Source: an uncultured bacterium
Lineage (GTDB): Bacteria > Zhuqueibacterota > QNDG01 > CAYUAG01
Direction of reading: 5' to 3'
Length of the DNA: 64,000 bases
NCBI GenBank assembly: GCA_964442615.1
Contig: CAYUAG010000001.1
Span: 464-64,463 of the forward strand
In this document: positions 1 through 8,970 of the stretch, piece after piece
Position numbering within the stretch: the stretch's first letter is position 1
How the letters are laid out: every line of letters begins with the position of its first letter
The notes under the pieces: model-generated
Databases searched by the model: none
The model's input: the letters and a program-made list of their open reading frames with translations, nothing else
What the model was told of the DNA's origin: nothing
Translations under genes and position numbers: made by a program

Positions 1-2235
1 TACAGGCCATGCTATCAAATTGGCAAGAATAATCCATCGGATTAGTGTGCCGGATAATAATAAGGTCACGCTGCCTGTGGAAGCACCCATAACCTTGCGT
101 ATACCAATCTCCTTTGTTTTGACTTCAGCCATAAATGCCGCCAATCCCAGAATACCCAAAGAAGCGACAAATATGGAGAGCGCTGAGAATATTATAAAGA
201 TGTTCTGCATCTTCCTTTCCCGCTCATAAAGTTGTTGAATGCGTTCATCGAGGAAATTAAATTCAAATTGCTCACCGGGAAATGTGTTCTCCTAGGTGTT
301 CCGGAGGTACGTTAGGGATTCCCGGATATCGCCTGGTTTGACTCGAACTGATATCGTGTTAATCCATTCAAAATTTAATATCAAAGCCATAGGTTCCACT
401 ATCGTATGCATGGACTTGAGGTGAAAATTTTTTACCACACCCACGACCCGGCCTATGTCGCCCCTGCCATACACCAGTTCCTTTCCGACTGCTTCATCGG
501 GTGTCCAGCCAATACGACGTACTGCTGCTTCATTCAATATAAGTGTCCCGGAGGTATCAGAACTGAAATTTCTGGAAAAGGTGCGTCCCTTTTGCATCTC
601 CATCCGGTATGTCTCAACAAAATCGTGATCCGCACCGAGAATAAGCATGCTGATGGTTTCTTCGGAATTCAGTCGAGTCTGAAAACCAGTCGTGCTGAAA
701 AAAGTTTCCCCTGGTACATCTGAAGATCTGGCAACCGAAAGAACCTGTGGATTCTTTAATAATTCAGTACGATAGACTTCATAATTCTGAGCCATTTCTC
801 GGCTTTGAACAGAGACCAGTACAATATTTTCTTTTTCAAAACCTAAAGACCGGTTCTGGATGTATTGCATTTGTCTGTACACTGTAAACATCCCGATAAT
901 TAACGCAATAGAAATGCCGAATTGAATAATCACCATGTTTCTTTTGAAGCCTGATCTTCCTTTACCCGAAACAGGAGTGCCTCGTAAAATATCTGCTGGT
1001 TCGTATCGCGTTAATTGAAAAGCGGGATAGATACCAGCAAGAAAACCAACGATAAGCGTTGTCACGATTAAAATGCAGATATTTTTTATTTGAAACAGAT
1101 AAGAGAGTGATAGACTCTCATGAAAGATTCGTTCATAGGCTGGTATCAGCAGTATATCTAAAACAAGGGCTAACAGTAAGGCAAGGAAGGCTAAAAGCAT
1201 GGATTCCTGAATGAACTGTCCCCTGAGCTGCATGAGCCCCGCACCCACGGTTTTACGCAGACTGACTTCCCTGGCCCGTTTGCTGGACCTGGCTGTTGAG
1301 AGATTCACAAAATTAATGCAGGCGATTATAAGGATGAGTAAAGCAACCGAAGAGAATATATAAACAGATGCTATGTTTCCTCCTGCCTCAATCTCCCAAT
1401 TTTCACTGGGATTAAGATGAATACTGGTAATAGGGAAAAGATTCATCTTCAGCACTTCATGAATACCGAATCCCTGGGCCAATAGATCCCCGTAATGGGC
1501 TTCAAGATGACGAGTGACAAATGTTTTTAATTTACTCTCAAGGCTTGATCTCGAAGTGCCTTTCTGAGCCAGGACATAGGTGTATAGATAGTTACTTCTC
1601 CAACTGGTAAACCTGTCTTCCGGATAGGAAGAAATTGACATCAGCATATCGAAATGGATATGGGAGTTTTCCGGCACCTCTTTCAGAATGCCTGTCACTT
1701 TAAAATCCACTGGTTCTCCATTGAATTCAAGATTGAGGGATTTACCAATAACATTTTCGGTACCCAAAAATTTTAATGCCTTCTCTCGCGTGAGCACCAC
1801 TGTTTTCGGTTCGGTTAGTGCTGTCTGTTCATCACCCTCCTCCAGATCGAAATCGAAAATGTCGAAGATGGCGTTATCCACTGCAAAAAGTTCCTGTCGA
1901 TGATTGAAATTATTTTGATCCTTGATGTTTGTTACTCTTCGCCATACGCGTGTTGCATTTTCAATTTCAGAATAATCATCAATTAATGCCTGTTTGTATT
2001 GTCCACCAACGATAGGCCAACGGCTGTAAACATTATCACGGAACAGTTCCCGTTCAATGCGATAAATCCGTTGAGCATTATTATGGAAGCGGTCATAACT
2101 GGATTCTCTCTGTACCCAGAGACTGATGATGGTACAAATGGCCAGCCCGATAGCCAGACCGAAAAGATTTATGAAAGAAAATAATTTGTTTCTGACGAAA
2201 TGACGATAGGCAATTTTTAAATAATTTTTAAACAT
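1..2235 (-). pseudogene. MacB/FtsX-family ABC transporter permease, interrupted by an in-frame TAG (292..294); the C-terminal end runs off the left edge
   Basis: The 647-aa ORF 292..2235 has the N-terminal TM, MacB-type periplasmic domain and first FtsX TM bundle. It is paralogous to ORF 2751..5144 (both start MFKNYLKIA.R). Hand translation of the minus strand below 292 continues in the same frame: ENTFPGEQFEFNFLDERIQQLYE...KTKEIGIRKVMGAS...IRWIILANLIAWPV. This aligns to the C-terminal FtsX domain of the paralog. Confidence 0.75.
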
Positions 2236-2278
2236 GATTTCTCTCCTTAGAGCGTTCAGATTTCAGCATTCAGCTTCC

Positions 2279-2345
2279 GTGAAACGTCAAATGTGAAAAG
2301 TATAGGGGGTATGGGCTGTTTGACTTCTCACATTTGACATCTCAC
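2279..2345 (-). repeat. Intercistronic hairpin (GTGARA/GTCAAA word family), copy B
   Basis: Arm 2279..2300 (gtgaaacgtcaaatgtgaaaag) pairs with arm 2324..2345 (cttctcacatttgacatctcac). That gives 19 Watson-Crick pairs. The 3 remaining positions are A.C/C.A on the plus strand but U.G/G.U on the minus (mRNA) strand. The loop is 23 nt. Confidence 0.8.
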
Positions 2346-2384
2346 TTTTTCAATCTCCATTGTTCATTGATCACAGAACAATGA

Positions 2385-2663
2385 TCATTGTTGATTAACT
2401 GCCATTACCGTTTTTTTACGAAACATGATGGGAATATTGGTGTCGGAAGGGGCTCCGATATTGATGAGCTCCCAGTTTTTATCATATTCTCTTATCACTC
2501 GTCTGAGAATATCAACTCTTTCTTCTGTATCTGGCTCTTTACTCTCCCATTCTACAATCTCAACCCGGTATTTCAAGGTTCTTTTTTTTCCATTAATCTT
2601 TACATCAATTTCGATATTTTGTTTGGCTTCAAGACTGGGAATTTGGAGAACAACTTCTCGCAT
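2385..2663 (-). CDS. Hypothetical small protein (92 aa), family not recognised
   Basis: ORF with a strong SD: the minus strand reads AAGGAGGctaacATG. It lies between two hairpin repeats, between the two permease genes. Confidence 0.55.
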   Translation of the reverse strand: MREVVLQIPSLEAKQNIEIDVKINGKKRTLKYRVEIVEWESKEPDTEERVDILRRVIREYDKNWELINIGAPSDTNIPIMFRKKTVMAVNQQ

Positions 2664-2692
2664 GTTAGCCTCCTTTTTATATTTTTAGTGAT

Positions 2693-2747
2693 CAGCCTTC
2701 AGTAGTCAGTAGTCAGCTTACTCAACCCCTCTGAATGCTGACGGCTG
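2693..2747 (-). repeat. Intercistronic imperfect hairpin (TCAGC/TCAGT word flavour)
   Basis: cagccttcagtagtcagtagtcag (2693..2716) pairs with ctgaatgctgacggctg (2731..2747). About 14 of 17 positions pair, and the word tagtcag is duplicated in one arm. Confidence 0.5.
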
Positions 2748-2750
2748 TTT

Positions 2751-5144
2751 TCATTCATACCTCAAACTCTCCACTGGATTGGCCCGGGCGGCTTTAAACG
2801 CTTGATACCAAACGGTCAGTAGAGCAACACACAAAGCGATAAGACCGGAAAGCAGAAAACTCACCACACCAATGTTGACCTGGTAGGCATAAGAGATCAG
2901 TACTTGTTTCATTAGAAAGTAGCCAAGCGGCCAGGCAATAAGGTTAGCAATCAGTACCCAGCGTATAAATTCCTGACTGAGAAGTAAAATTAGCTTTGAT
3001 ACAGGTGCGCCTAATACTTTCCGAACACCTATTTCCTTGGTTCTTCGCTCTATCATGAAAGATGACAGTCCGAAAAGTCCCAGGCAGGATATGACAATAG
3101 CCAACAGTGTAAAGGTGTTAAAAATCTGGCTGGCCTTCACTTCTTTGGCATACAGCTGGTCGTAGGTTTCATCCACAAAGTGAAACTCAAAAGGCGAAAT
3201 GGGATTAACGGATTTCCACACGTTTCTAACAGCAGCGATACCCTTAGTGATTTTTCCGGATTGTATTCTAATCAGCACGATTCCGCCACTGGTGGCATGG
3301 GACATGTCTGTTATAAAAAAGATCCTGTTATTGATTTTTTGATGGAGTGATTGAAAATTGGCATCCTTAGCTATCCCAATGATTTTCGTAAGGCGGTCAT
3401 CGGAAAGTTTAAACCATTTCCCCAGGGGTGATTCCAGTCCCATGTCCCGGATTGCTGATTGGTTCAGGATCACACTCTCTCTGGCATCCGAGGATATCTC
3501 TTCTGAGAAAGTTCGACCCTCTACAATATCGAGTCCAAGTGTCTTGAAAAAATCATACCCCACACCTGAAAGTACTAGATCGAGATGACGCTCCCGTTTT
3601 GGATCTCTGCCTTCCCATTCCCAGCCCGCTCCTCTCCAGGTATCTGTTAAACCCATGTATTGGGCAGATACAGAAACGATCTCAGGATGGGTGAGCAGTT
3701 CATTTTTCATGGTTTTGTATTGAGTGCCCACATTCTCCTTAATAGGCAGATAAATGACATTTTTTTTGTTGAATCCCAGGTTTTGGTTTTGAATATAATG
3801 AAATTGTTTATAGATGATCAAGGTTCCGAAAATGAGTAGGATGGATATAGCGAATTGAAAAACAACCAATATTTTCCGGAATAGAGATCCACGCTTATCG
3901 GATAATTGAGAGCCCCGAAATAAAACCAGAGGCTTAAATCCCGAGAGAAAAAAAGCGGGATAACATCCTGAGAGAAGTCCAGTTATAATAATTATAACTG
4001 CAAAACCTGTCAGAAAAGAAATATCGAGAGGATTTATTCTGAGTGATTTATCAGCCAGTTGATTGAAATAGGGGAGCAAAACCATGACCAGACCTAAAGC
4101 AATCAAACCGGCAATGAGTGTGAAAACCATTGATTCAGCAAAAAATTGCCGTACCAATTGAATACGATGGGCTCCTATAGTTTTTCTCATGCCAATTTCT
4201 TTTGATCGGAGAGCGGATCGGGCCGTAGACAGATTCATGAAATTTACACACGCAATGGCCAATACAAAACCGGCAATCACAGAGAACAGTAATACCATCT
4301 TTCGGTCACCTAAAATGCGCCATTGGATATTCCAATCCCGGGCAGTTAAATACACGTCCGACAGCGGTTGAAGCCAAAATGTAAGCCCCTTGGATATCTG
4401 CCAGCACTCATTACGTTTGCCGATTTCGGTCATTTTTTTTCCAAGTAATTGAAGGTCGCTGTTCTCCCAGAGGAGCACATAAGTGGTAAAGTTGAAAGCA
4501 TTCCAGGAGGTACCATAATTATAGGTCCATTCACCCATGTCCTCCATGAATGTAAAGGAACTCACAAAGTCAAATTGCAGGTGTGAATTTCTGGGGATAT
4601 CCTGAATCACACCGGTTATGGTAACCGGACGTCCCTCAACCAGTATTGTCTTACCCATGGGATCTTCATTTCCAAAATATTTACACCCAAAGGATTCCGT
4701 GATGACCATATCCGCAGGATTCTGAAAGGCTGATTCCAAATCACCTTTGATGAAGGGAAAAGTGAAAATCTCAAACAGGGATGGATCGGCCATAATGCCT
4801 TTTTCTTCATAAAAACGGGTATCCTTATATTTAAATACTAGTCGTGCATGGGAGGCAACCCGAGCCGCATGGACAATTTCAGGGAGTTCTTTTTGCATTG
4901 CGGGAGCCAGCGGTGCCGGGGTGATTTCCAGACCCTCCCATCCATTCCTCTTCCAGTCGCTCACCACGCGATAGATGTGATCTTTTTTTTCATGGAATTG
5001 ATCAAAGCTAAGTTCGTCTTGAACCCAGATTAGGATAAAGATACAGACAGCTATTCCTACTCCCAAACCCAGGATATTGATAAAGGAATAGCCTTTGTGC
5101 CGCAGGAGGTTTCTTAAAGCAATTTTCAGATAATTTTTGAACAT
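2751..5144 (-). CDS. MacB/FtsX-family ABC transporter permease (797 aa)
   Basis: Full-length ORF with N-terminal TM, a large periplasmic domain and two FtsX-type TM bundles. It has the RTKEIGVRKVLGA and earlier SKEIGMRKTIGA motifs typical of MacB-like permeases. Confidence 0.9.
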   Translation of the reverse strand: MFKNYLKIALRNLLRHKGYSFINILGLGVGIAVCIFILIWVQDELSFDQFHEKKDHIYRVVSDWKRNGWEGLEITPAPLAPAMQKELPEIVHAARVASHARLVFKYKDTRFYEEKGIMADPSLFEIFTFPFIKGDLESAFQNPADMVITESFGCKYFGNEDPMGKTILVEGRPVTITGVIQDIPRNSHLQFDFVSSFTFMEDMGEWTYNYGTSWNAFNFTTYVLLWENSDLQLLGKKMTEIGKRNECWQISKGLTFWLQPLSDVYLTARDWNIQWRILGDRKMVLLFSVIAGFVLAIACVNFMNLSTARSALRSKEIGMRKTIGAHRIQLVRQFFAESMVFTLIAGLIALGLVMVLLPYFNQLADKSLRINPLDISFLTGFAVIIIITGLLSGCYPAFFLSGFKPLVLFRGSQLSDKRGSLFRKILVVFQFAISILLIFGTLIIYKQFHYIQNQNLGFNKKNVIYLPIKENVGTQYKTMKNELLTHPEIVSVSAQYMGLTDTWRGAGWEWEGRDPKRERHLDLVLSGVGYDFFKTLGLDIVEGRTFSEEISSDARESVILNQSAIRDMGLESPLGKWFKLSDDRLTKIIGIAKDANFQSLHQKINNRIFFITDMSHATSGGIVLIRIQSGKITKGIAAVRNVWKSVNPISPFEFHFVDETYDQLYAKEVKASQIFNTFTLLAIVISCLGLFGLSSFMIERRTKEIGVRKVLGAPVSKLILLLSQEFIRWVLIANLIAWPLGYFLMKQVLISYAYQVNIGVVSFLLSGLIALCVALLTVWYQAFKAARANPVESLRYE

Positions 5145-5198
5145 ATTTTTTCCCTCATTAGCTCTCAGCTTTCAGCATTTAGCGGGCAGCTTTATTTA

Positions 5199-5273
5199 GT
5201 GAAATGTCAAACGTGAGACGTGAGAAGGATGGTAGCAGATGGGTCGTTTGACTTCTCACTTTTCACATTTCAT
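5199..5273 (-). repeat. Intercistronic hairpin (GTGARA/GTCAAA word family), copy A
   Basis: Arms 5199..5227 and 5245..5273 pair at about 22 of 29 positions in one register. Alternative perfect 8-bp registers exist (gtcaaacg/cgtttgac and gtgagaag/cttctcac). The core atgggtcgtttgacttctcac (5239..5259) is nearly identical to 2311..2331. Confidence 0.7.
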
Positions 5274-5279
5274 CATTGA

Positions 5280-5951
5280 TCATTCCTCCTTCTCAATCCA
5301 CCCATCCTTCAAATGGATAATCCGGTTTCCATATTTTGCTTTTTCCTCGGAATGGGTAACCTGGAGGATGGTCATGCCTTCCTCTTTGTTTAATTTTTTT
5401 AAAAGCTCCATAATTTCTTTTCCCTGCTGGGAGTTAAGATTCCCGGTAGGCTCATCCGCCAGTAAAAGGTTTGGCCGGATAATCAAGGCCCGGGCTACAG
5501 CAGTCAACTGCTGCTGACCTCCAGAGAGCTGATTAGGGAAGAGATTTTTTTTAGCAACAATATTGAATCGGTCCAGCACCTCTGCTACCAATCCTTTTCT
5601 TTCCGAAGTTTTAACTTTTTTATATAACAGAGGAGTCTCCAGATTTTCATATACGGTCATCTCATCAATAAGATGGTACTGCTGAAAAATGAATCCTATA
5701 TGCTGATGATGAAGACCGGTTCGCTGTTTTTCTTTTAAGGAATGGACAGGCTCATCAAAAAAATAGTATTCACCTTCTGAGGCAGTATCCAGCATACCCA
5801 GAATATATAAAAGTGTTGATTTTCCTGCACCTGACGGACCCATTATAGTGATAAACTCACCTTCCTTAATATCCAGATTGATTTGTCGTAAAACAAAGGT
5901 TTTAATAAATTTATTAGAATAATATTTGGTAATATCTCTTAATTTAATCAT
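5280..5951 (-). CDS. ABC transporter ATP-binding protein (MacB/LolD-like)
   Basis: Walker A GPSGAGKST, signature LSGGQQQ, Walker [14 protein letters not shown]-loop VTHS. Confidence 0.95.
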   Translation of the reverse strand: MIKLRDITKYYSNKFIKTFVLRQINLDIKEGEFITIMGPSGAGKSTLLYILGMLDTASEGEYYFFDEPVHSLKEKQRTGLHHQHIGFIFQQYHLIDEMTVYENLETPLLYKKVKTSERKGLVAEVLDRFNIVAKKNLFPNQLSGGQQQLTAVARALIIRPNLLLADEPTGNLNSQQGKEIMELLKKLNKEEGMTILQVTHSEEKAKYGNRIIHLKDGWIEKEE

Positions 5952-5966
5952 CTTTTACCTCAATTT

Positions 5967-6185
5967 TTATTTTTTTGATGTTACTTTAAATAAAACAGCT
6001 CCCAGATATCCAGATTCGTTTATTTCAGCTATGTATAAACCAGGTTGATAGTGAGCTTTTGTTTTTAATTTTGTTTCTGATAGAGTATTTAATAGACTTG
6101 CAGGTGTAAAAGAACCCTCAGTACTGCTTAACAGTAATCTTTGATGGTTTTTTACAAGTCCGGTTAATACATTTTTTAAGGTCAT
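5967..6185 (-). CDS. Hypothetical small protein (72 aa)
   Basis: ORF preceded on the minus strand by AAAGGAGaaatcaccATG. It ends 15 nt before the next ATPase gene. No family recognised. Confidence 0.4.
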   Translation of the reverse strand: MTLKNVLTGLVKNHQRLLLSSTEGSFTPASLLNTLSETKLKTKAHYQPGLYIAEINESGYLGAVLFKVTSKK

Positions 6186-6251
6186 GGTGATTTCTCCTTT
6201 ATGGTCGGGTGATTACATTGTTTTACAAATTTTAATTTTTTTTTGACCTTT

Positions 6252-6370
6252 AATGTCATAAGTGAAATGTGAGATGTGAGAAGTGAGAGATTTGCACTTC
6301 CCATTCAACTGAACTGGATCTTCTTGGATTTACTTTTTTTACATTTCATGTCTGACATTTCACTTCTCAC
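6252..6370 (-). repeat. Intercistronic hairpin (GTGARA word family), copy C
   Basis: aagtgaaatgtgagatgtgagaagtgagag (left arm) pairs with acatttcatgtctgacatttcacttctcac (right arm). There is an 11-bp perfect block plus about 10 of 15 further positions. The loop is about 50 nt. Confidence 0.6.
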
Positions 6371-7060
6371 TTATACATGAAATTTATCTTTGAAATTCTC
6401 AGTTACAATATGCCCATCAAAAAGATGAATCAATCTTTGGGCATAATCTGCATAGGCTGGTGAGTGGGTTACCATAAGAATCGTAGTTCCTTCTTTATGA
6501 AGATCAGTTACCAATTTCATAACTTCTTCTCCATGGGAGGAATCCAGGTTTCCGGTCGGTTCATCAGCAAGTATAAGTTTGGGGTCGCTGACAATTGCTC
6601 TGCTTACCGCTACCCGTTGCTGCTGTCCCCCGGAGAGCTGCTGAGGAAAGTGGCTTCTTCGGTGCATCATTTTCATTCTTTCTAGGACATTATGTACTTT
6701 TTTCTTTCTTTCTGAAGCTGAAACTCCAAGATAGAGAAGAGGAAGTTCAACATTTTCATACACAGTGAGTTCATCGATGAGGTTAAAACTCTGGAATACA
6801 AATCCGATGTTGTTTTTCCTCAGATTGGCCCGTTTTCTCTCATTATATCCGGATATTTCCTCTCCCAGAAAATGGTATTCCCCTTCTGTCGGATTGTCCA
6901 GCATTCCCAACACATTCAGAAGTGTGGATTTGCCGCATCCCGAGGGTCCCATAATGGATACAAATTCGCCCTCTTTGATCTCAAGATTCACATTATTCAA
7001 AGCAGTTGTTTCTACTTCTTCAGTCAGGTATACTTTTTTTAAGTTTTTGGTTTTAATCAT
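6371..7060 (-). CDS. ABC transporter ATP-binding protein (MacB/LolD-like), paralog of 5280..5951
   Basis: Walker [10 protein letters not shown], signature LSGGQQQR, Walker [13 protein letters not shown]-loop VTHS. Confidence 0.95.
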   Translation of the reverse strand: MIKTKNLKKVYLTEEVETTALNNVNLEIKEGEFVSIMGPSGCGKSTLLNVLGMLDNPTEGEYHFLGEEISGYNERKRANLRKNNIGFVFQSFNLIDELTVYENVELPLLYLGVSASERKKKVHNVLERMKMMHRRSHFPQQLSGGQQQRVAVSRAIVSDPKLILADEPTGNLDSSHGEEVMKLVTDLHKEGTTILMVTHSPAYADYAQRLIHLFDGHIVTENFKDKFHV

Positions 7061-7132
7061 TTTGTGATCCTTTCATTTATTATTAATTTTATATGATTTA
7101 TATTGTGAAACGTCAAAAGTTATAAGTCAAAA

Positions 7133-7611
7133 GTCAAATGTCAAACGTGAGAAAAAACCGTAACACCTCATTATATAGTACTTTTTATTAGTTTTGAAAG
7201 TGAAGCAAAAAGATGATTCATTTGTTTACTAATTTTATCTAAATCTTCCTGTCTACAATAGGTTAAATCAAGTGCAATTTCTAATTGTGTATCCAGTTCC
7301 GCTAATGATGATCTTGAAATTTCATAAAACCTTCTCCGTTCATTGCTGGAACTTCTTGCTGAGCCCTCTGCGATATTCGAAGGAATGGAAACAGCGCTTC
7401 TCCTGATTTGTGAAATTAAATTGTACATTTCTTTTGTTGGAAATTTTTCAGTTAATTCATATATTTTTATGACAAACTCCATTGCTAACTTCCAAACCTT
7501 TAATTTTTTATGTTTTAATTCGAGCATCTCATCTCCTGTAAAAACATTTTTCTGTTTTTGTTTATATACTTGCTGTCTTTTACCACTCACTTCTCACATC
7601 TCACATTTGAC
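7133..7611 (-). repeat. Inverted-repeat stem (arms 7133..7157 and 7587..7611) enclosing the four-helix-bundle ORF
   Basis: Hand alignment of gtcaaatgtcaaacgtgagaaaaaa against the reverse complement of 7587..7611 (gtcaaatgtgagatgtgagaagtga) covers 25 positions. There are 19 Watson-Crick pairs and 2 mismatches. The other 4 positions are U.G/G.U only on the minus strand. Confidence 0.6.
7171..7527 (-). CDS. Four-helix-bundle protein (23S rRNA intervening-sequence protein / Avd-like family)
   Basis: The motif KFPTKEMYNLISQIRRSAVSIPSNIAEGSARSSSNERRRFYEISRSSLAELDTQLEIA is characteristic of this family. The start is placed at MLELKHKKLKVW (7527), which has AGGAGAtgagATG upstream. The track's longer ORF (to 7590) would read through the repeat arm. 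Confidence 0.8.
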   Translation of the reverse strand: MLELKHKKLKVWKLAMEFVIKIYELTEKFPTKEMYNLISQIRRSAVSIPSNIAEGSARSSSNERRRFYEISRSSLAELDTQLEIALDLTYCRQEDLDKISKQMNHLFASLSKLIKSTI

Positions 7612-7614
7612 CTT

Positions 7615-8865
7615 TTACTTCAAAATCAACTTATCAACATCCCCGAAAGTGTCATAAGAAGAGGTGATAACTTTATCACCAGGTTTCAGTCCTTCCAAAA
7701 CAGTAAATACTTCCGGGTTTTTCCGCCCTAGCCGGAGGGGATGTTTTACAGCAAATGATTCTGATTCATCCAGAATGTATACCCATTGACCTCCTGTAGT
7801 TTGGTAAAATCCCCCTTGAGGAAGAAGAATTGCTTCTTCTAGATTCCCAAGTTCAAGTCGAATATGTAAAGTTTGACCTCTGCGAATTCCTTCAGCTAAT
7901 TCGTTTAGAAAAACCAGATCAACATCAAAGCGTCCTTCGCTGACTTCTGGAAAAACCTTGTTAACTTTAAGCTTATATGTGTTTCCTGCAAAGGAAAAAC
8001 TTCCGTATTTCCCTTCTTCCACTCTGGCAATGTAGTGCTCATCAATCTCACACCTGACTTTTAAACTGTCAAGTACATCAATACGACCCAGTGATTCTCC
8101 GCGACTTTTGGTAGAGCCAATCTCAGCATCCAGAGATGTAAGCATGCCGTCAATAGGAGTTCGAATGGTTAAAGCTTCCTCTCTTTTTTGAACAATGGTC
8201 AAATTCTTTTCCATTTGTGCAACAGATAATTCCAGCTGTTTTATTTGATTTTCTCTAAACAAGGAGTCCTGTTGCATAGATTCAAGAGTAAGTTCCTTAG
8301 ATTTCAGGGAATATTCATACTCATCTTTTATTAATTCATATTCTTCTTTGGATATAAGATTTTGTTCATAAAGCTTTTGTGCTCTTTTGTATTCTCTTTC
8401 TTGTTTTAGGAGATTAAATTTAATTTCTATGAGTTGTCTTTTAAGCAGTAATTTATTTTGTTCCATATAAAGACGAGTGGAACGTAAATCATTAGCAGCC
8501 CTGTTCACCTGGGCTTGATTGTTTAATATGGTCAGAAGTAGATTTGTATTGGACATTCTTACAATGGGATCACCTTTTTTCACCGATGTACCTGCTTCGA
8601 TAATTCTTTCTTCCACTACACCTCCTTCCGTGGCGCTCAGAGTATATCTTTTAATAGGAACAACTGTACCCTGAGTTGGAATATATTCCTGGAATTCGCC
8701 TTTATAAACGGTTGATATAGTAATTCTTTCAGTATTTATATTATATTTAGAACTTTTATCTCCAAATATAATCATATAGAGAATCAAGAGAAAAAATGCG
8801 GAGGGTATGACGACCTTTGCTATGTTTTTTAAGGTAAACCGTTTTTTTTCAATTTTTTTATCCAT
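7615..8865 (-). CDS. HlyD-family periplasmic adaptor (membrane fusion protein) of the ABC efflux system
   Basis: N-terminal TM anchor, long coiled-coil segment (QLELSVAQMEKNL...), then barrel-sandwich and beta-barrel regions. It is the first gene of the operon with the ABC ATPases and MacB-like permeases. Confidence 0.85.
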   Translation of the reverse strand: MDKKIEKKRFTLKNIAKVVIPSAFFLLILYMIIFGDKSSKYNINTERITISTVYKGEFQEYIPTQGTVVPIKRYTLSATEGGVVEERIIEAGTSVKKGDPIVRMSNTNLLLTILNNQAQVNRAANDLRSTRLYMEQNKLLLKRQLIEIKFNLLKQEREYKRAQKLYEQNLISKEEYELIKDEYEYSLKSKELTLESMQQDSLFRENQIKQLELSVAQMEKNLTIVQKREEALTIRTPIDGMLTSLDAEIGSTKSRGESLGRIDVLDSLKVRCEIDEHYIARVEEGKYGSFSFAGNTYKLKVNKVFPEVSEGRFDVDLVFLNELAEGIRRGQTLHIRLELGNLEEAILLPQGGFYQTTGGQWVYILDESESFAVKHPLRLGRKNPEVFTVLEGLKPGDKVITSSYDTFGDVDKLILK

Positions 8866-8918
8866 TCATTTCTCCCATAAAAATTGTGAACTTATAATTA
8901 TTTTCTCACTCTTTATTA

Positions 8919-8934
8919 CGCAAGAAGCATACCA
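8919..8934 (-). promoter_or_regulatory. Candidate sigma-54 (-24/-12) promoter of the efflux operon
   Basis: The minus strand reads TGGTATGCTTCTTGCG. GG and GC have the canonical TGGCAC-N5-TTGC spacing. It lies about 55-70 nt upstream of the HlyD start codon and faces away from a sigma-54 activator gene. Confidence 0.6.
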
Positions 8935-8970
8935 TTATTGTTTTTATTGAATTTATCGTTATATGCTAAA

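Noticed and set aside
20-229. 69-aa plus-strand ORF at the left edge
   Set aside because: It lies antisense to the clearly conserved C-terminal FtsX domain of the MacB-like permease (KTKEIGIRKVMGAS... on the minus strand). Its composition looks like a shadow ORF.
7171-7527. Diversity-generating retroelement (because Avd-like four-helix-bundle proteins accompany DGRs)
   Set aside because: No reverse transcriptase gene and no template/variable repeat pair with adenine-specific differences was seen in the window.
1-8865. Horizontally acquired island, inferred from higher GC in the efflux operon
   Set aside because: Hand counts of a few 60-nt lines gave 43-58% GC in the permease genes and about 22-23% in parts of 8.4 kb and 14 kb. 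However, parts of the HlyD and SusD genes are also about 45%. The heterogeneity is therefore gene-specific. I cannot compute windows or codon statistics, and no integrase, tRNA or direct-repeat boundary is present.
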